64,000 bases of DNA from Marsupella aquatica. Lineage: Eukaryota > Plantae > Marchantiophyta. A program made the position numbers and the translations under genes. The stretch spans positions 10,241,525 to 10,305,524 of the forward strand of contig OZ316896.1 of the NCBI GenBank assembly GCA_973895155.1, given 5' to 3'. Positions 62,833 through 64,000 of the stretch are shown here, piece after piece. A model generated the notes under the pieces. That model saw only the letters and a program-made list of their open reading frames with translations. It did no database searches and had not been told where the DNA came from. The stretch's first letter is position 1, and every line of letters begins with the position of its first letter.

Positions 62833-64000
62833 TGTTGAGCATAGACGACATTCGTAACGGCAAGCCCATGAACCATCCAACGCACAATAGTCGACACAGA
62901 GAGATACGTGGTTCACCTCCACATGAGACTACGTCCACAGGAACACACAAGAGCTTTACTGCACTCTAGGCCGACCGGCCATACCAAACATCCACAGCAC
63001 AAGCTCTCCCTATCTCTCAACTAGCTCCGTAACAATGAGCCTAAGTTCCACCAGGGTTTGGCATCAGCCCTGGCTATATGCACACCAGCACTACCACTAA
63101 CATTAGCTAAGTCCTAACCCGAGTTAGATTAACTGTGGTTAGCTCATGAGTCACAAGACTAGAGCAAAATCTAACAAACTCCCCCTTGACTCTTGTCTTG
63201 GGGATTGGACTAAATGCAACCAAGGCATATGGAATCCTCAGCGGGAAGTTCTAGACAATCACCAAACCAGGTCTCCCCCTAAAAACCACAAGGGTTAACT
63301 AAGGGTTAACTAGAACTAAGCCGTAGCCTAACAGGAATGAATAATCCATATATAAATAGTCACACATTGCTAAATAACTCTACTTGTATTACAACTGCAA
63401 ACTTGCAAAGTAGCTCGGTGTCTTGAGAAACTCTCCAAAGGAATCACTTTGGTAAAAGCATTAGCGGGATTGAGCTTTCCATCAATCTTGACTAGCTCAA
63501 AAGTTTTTATCAGACACTGCTTGTCTGATAAAATGGTACCTGATATCAATGTGCTTCACCCTGCTATCCATCACCTGGTTAGCAGCCAAGTGAAGAGCAC
63601 TCTGACTATCACAGTTTAGAGTCATTTTTCCATGCTCTAAACCCATCTCCGCGATCAACTTGTCCAACCAAATTGCTTCCTTTGCTGCTTCTGCTGCTGC
63701 AACATACTCTGCTTCTGTAGTAGACTAAGATATGCACTTCTGCAAGGTAGATTTCCAACTGATACATCCTCCTCCAAGAGTAAATACAAACCCAGTTGTA
63801 GAACTCCTTGTATCCAGACAGCCTCCATAGTCAAAATCTACATAGCCAACTAACGTTCTATTTGATCTGTTATCAAATAGTAATCCATAGTCCTGTGTTC
63901 CCTTCAGATACCTGAGAATCCACTTCACAGCTTCCCAATGTACCTTCCCTGGATTTGACATAATTCTACTAACCTTGCCCAACACTAGGGCCAAGTCAGG
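62833..64000 (-). mobile_element. 3' part of a third copia element (3' LTR 62833-63176, PPT, RNase H/RT), cut by the window edge
   Basis: tgttgagc...ctaaca LTR; ctcccccttg PPT complement at 63179-63188; NPGKVHWEAVKWILRYLKGT...GYVDFDYGG. It shares the 3'-UTR motif taggctacggcttagttctagttaaccctt with copia-1. The paralog near 50175 is empty. Confidence 0.92.

Overview
Eukaryotic, plant-type, repeat-rich DNA with spliceosomal introns and Ty1/copia elements primed by tRNA-Met; no rRNA, tRNA or CRISPR seen. The host scaffold is a tandemly re-duplicated block holding a minus-strand BRCA2 gene (about 1-5750, with an expanded BRC array), three 5'-truncated BRCA2 copies, one apparently intact bHLH exon and six decayed bHLH copies. 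Inserted into it are two full-length copia elements (13996-20039 + and 28056-44882 -), a solo LTR, a third copia running off the right edge, a 297-bp MITE and a Crypton-like tyrosine-recombinase element (45736-48908). The standout is an 11.2-kb TIR transposon (29303-40536, 26-bp TIRs, TTGG target duplication) inserted in the copia RT. It encodes a Sola1-like transposase and a convergent, intron-containing ParB/Srx-like plus beta-class amino-DNA-methyltransferase fusion. It also carries at least 14 copies of a 36-bp bipartite palindrome (AAWGCAAnnnGCGATACnnGTATCGCnnnTTGCWTT) that I did not see elsewhere in the window. All alignments and counts were made by eye, and family names rest on motif recognition, not database searches.
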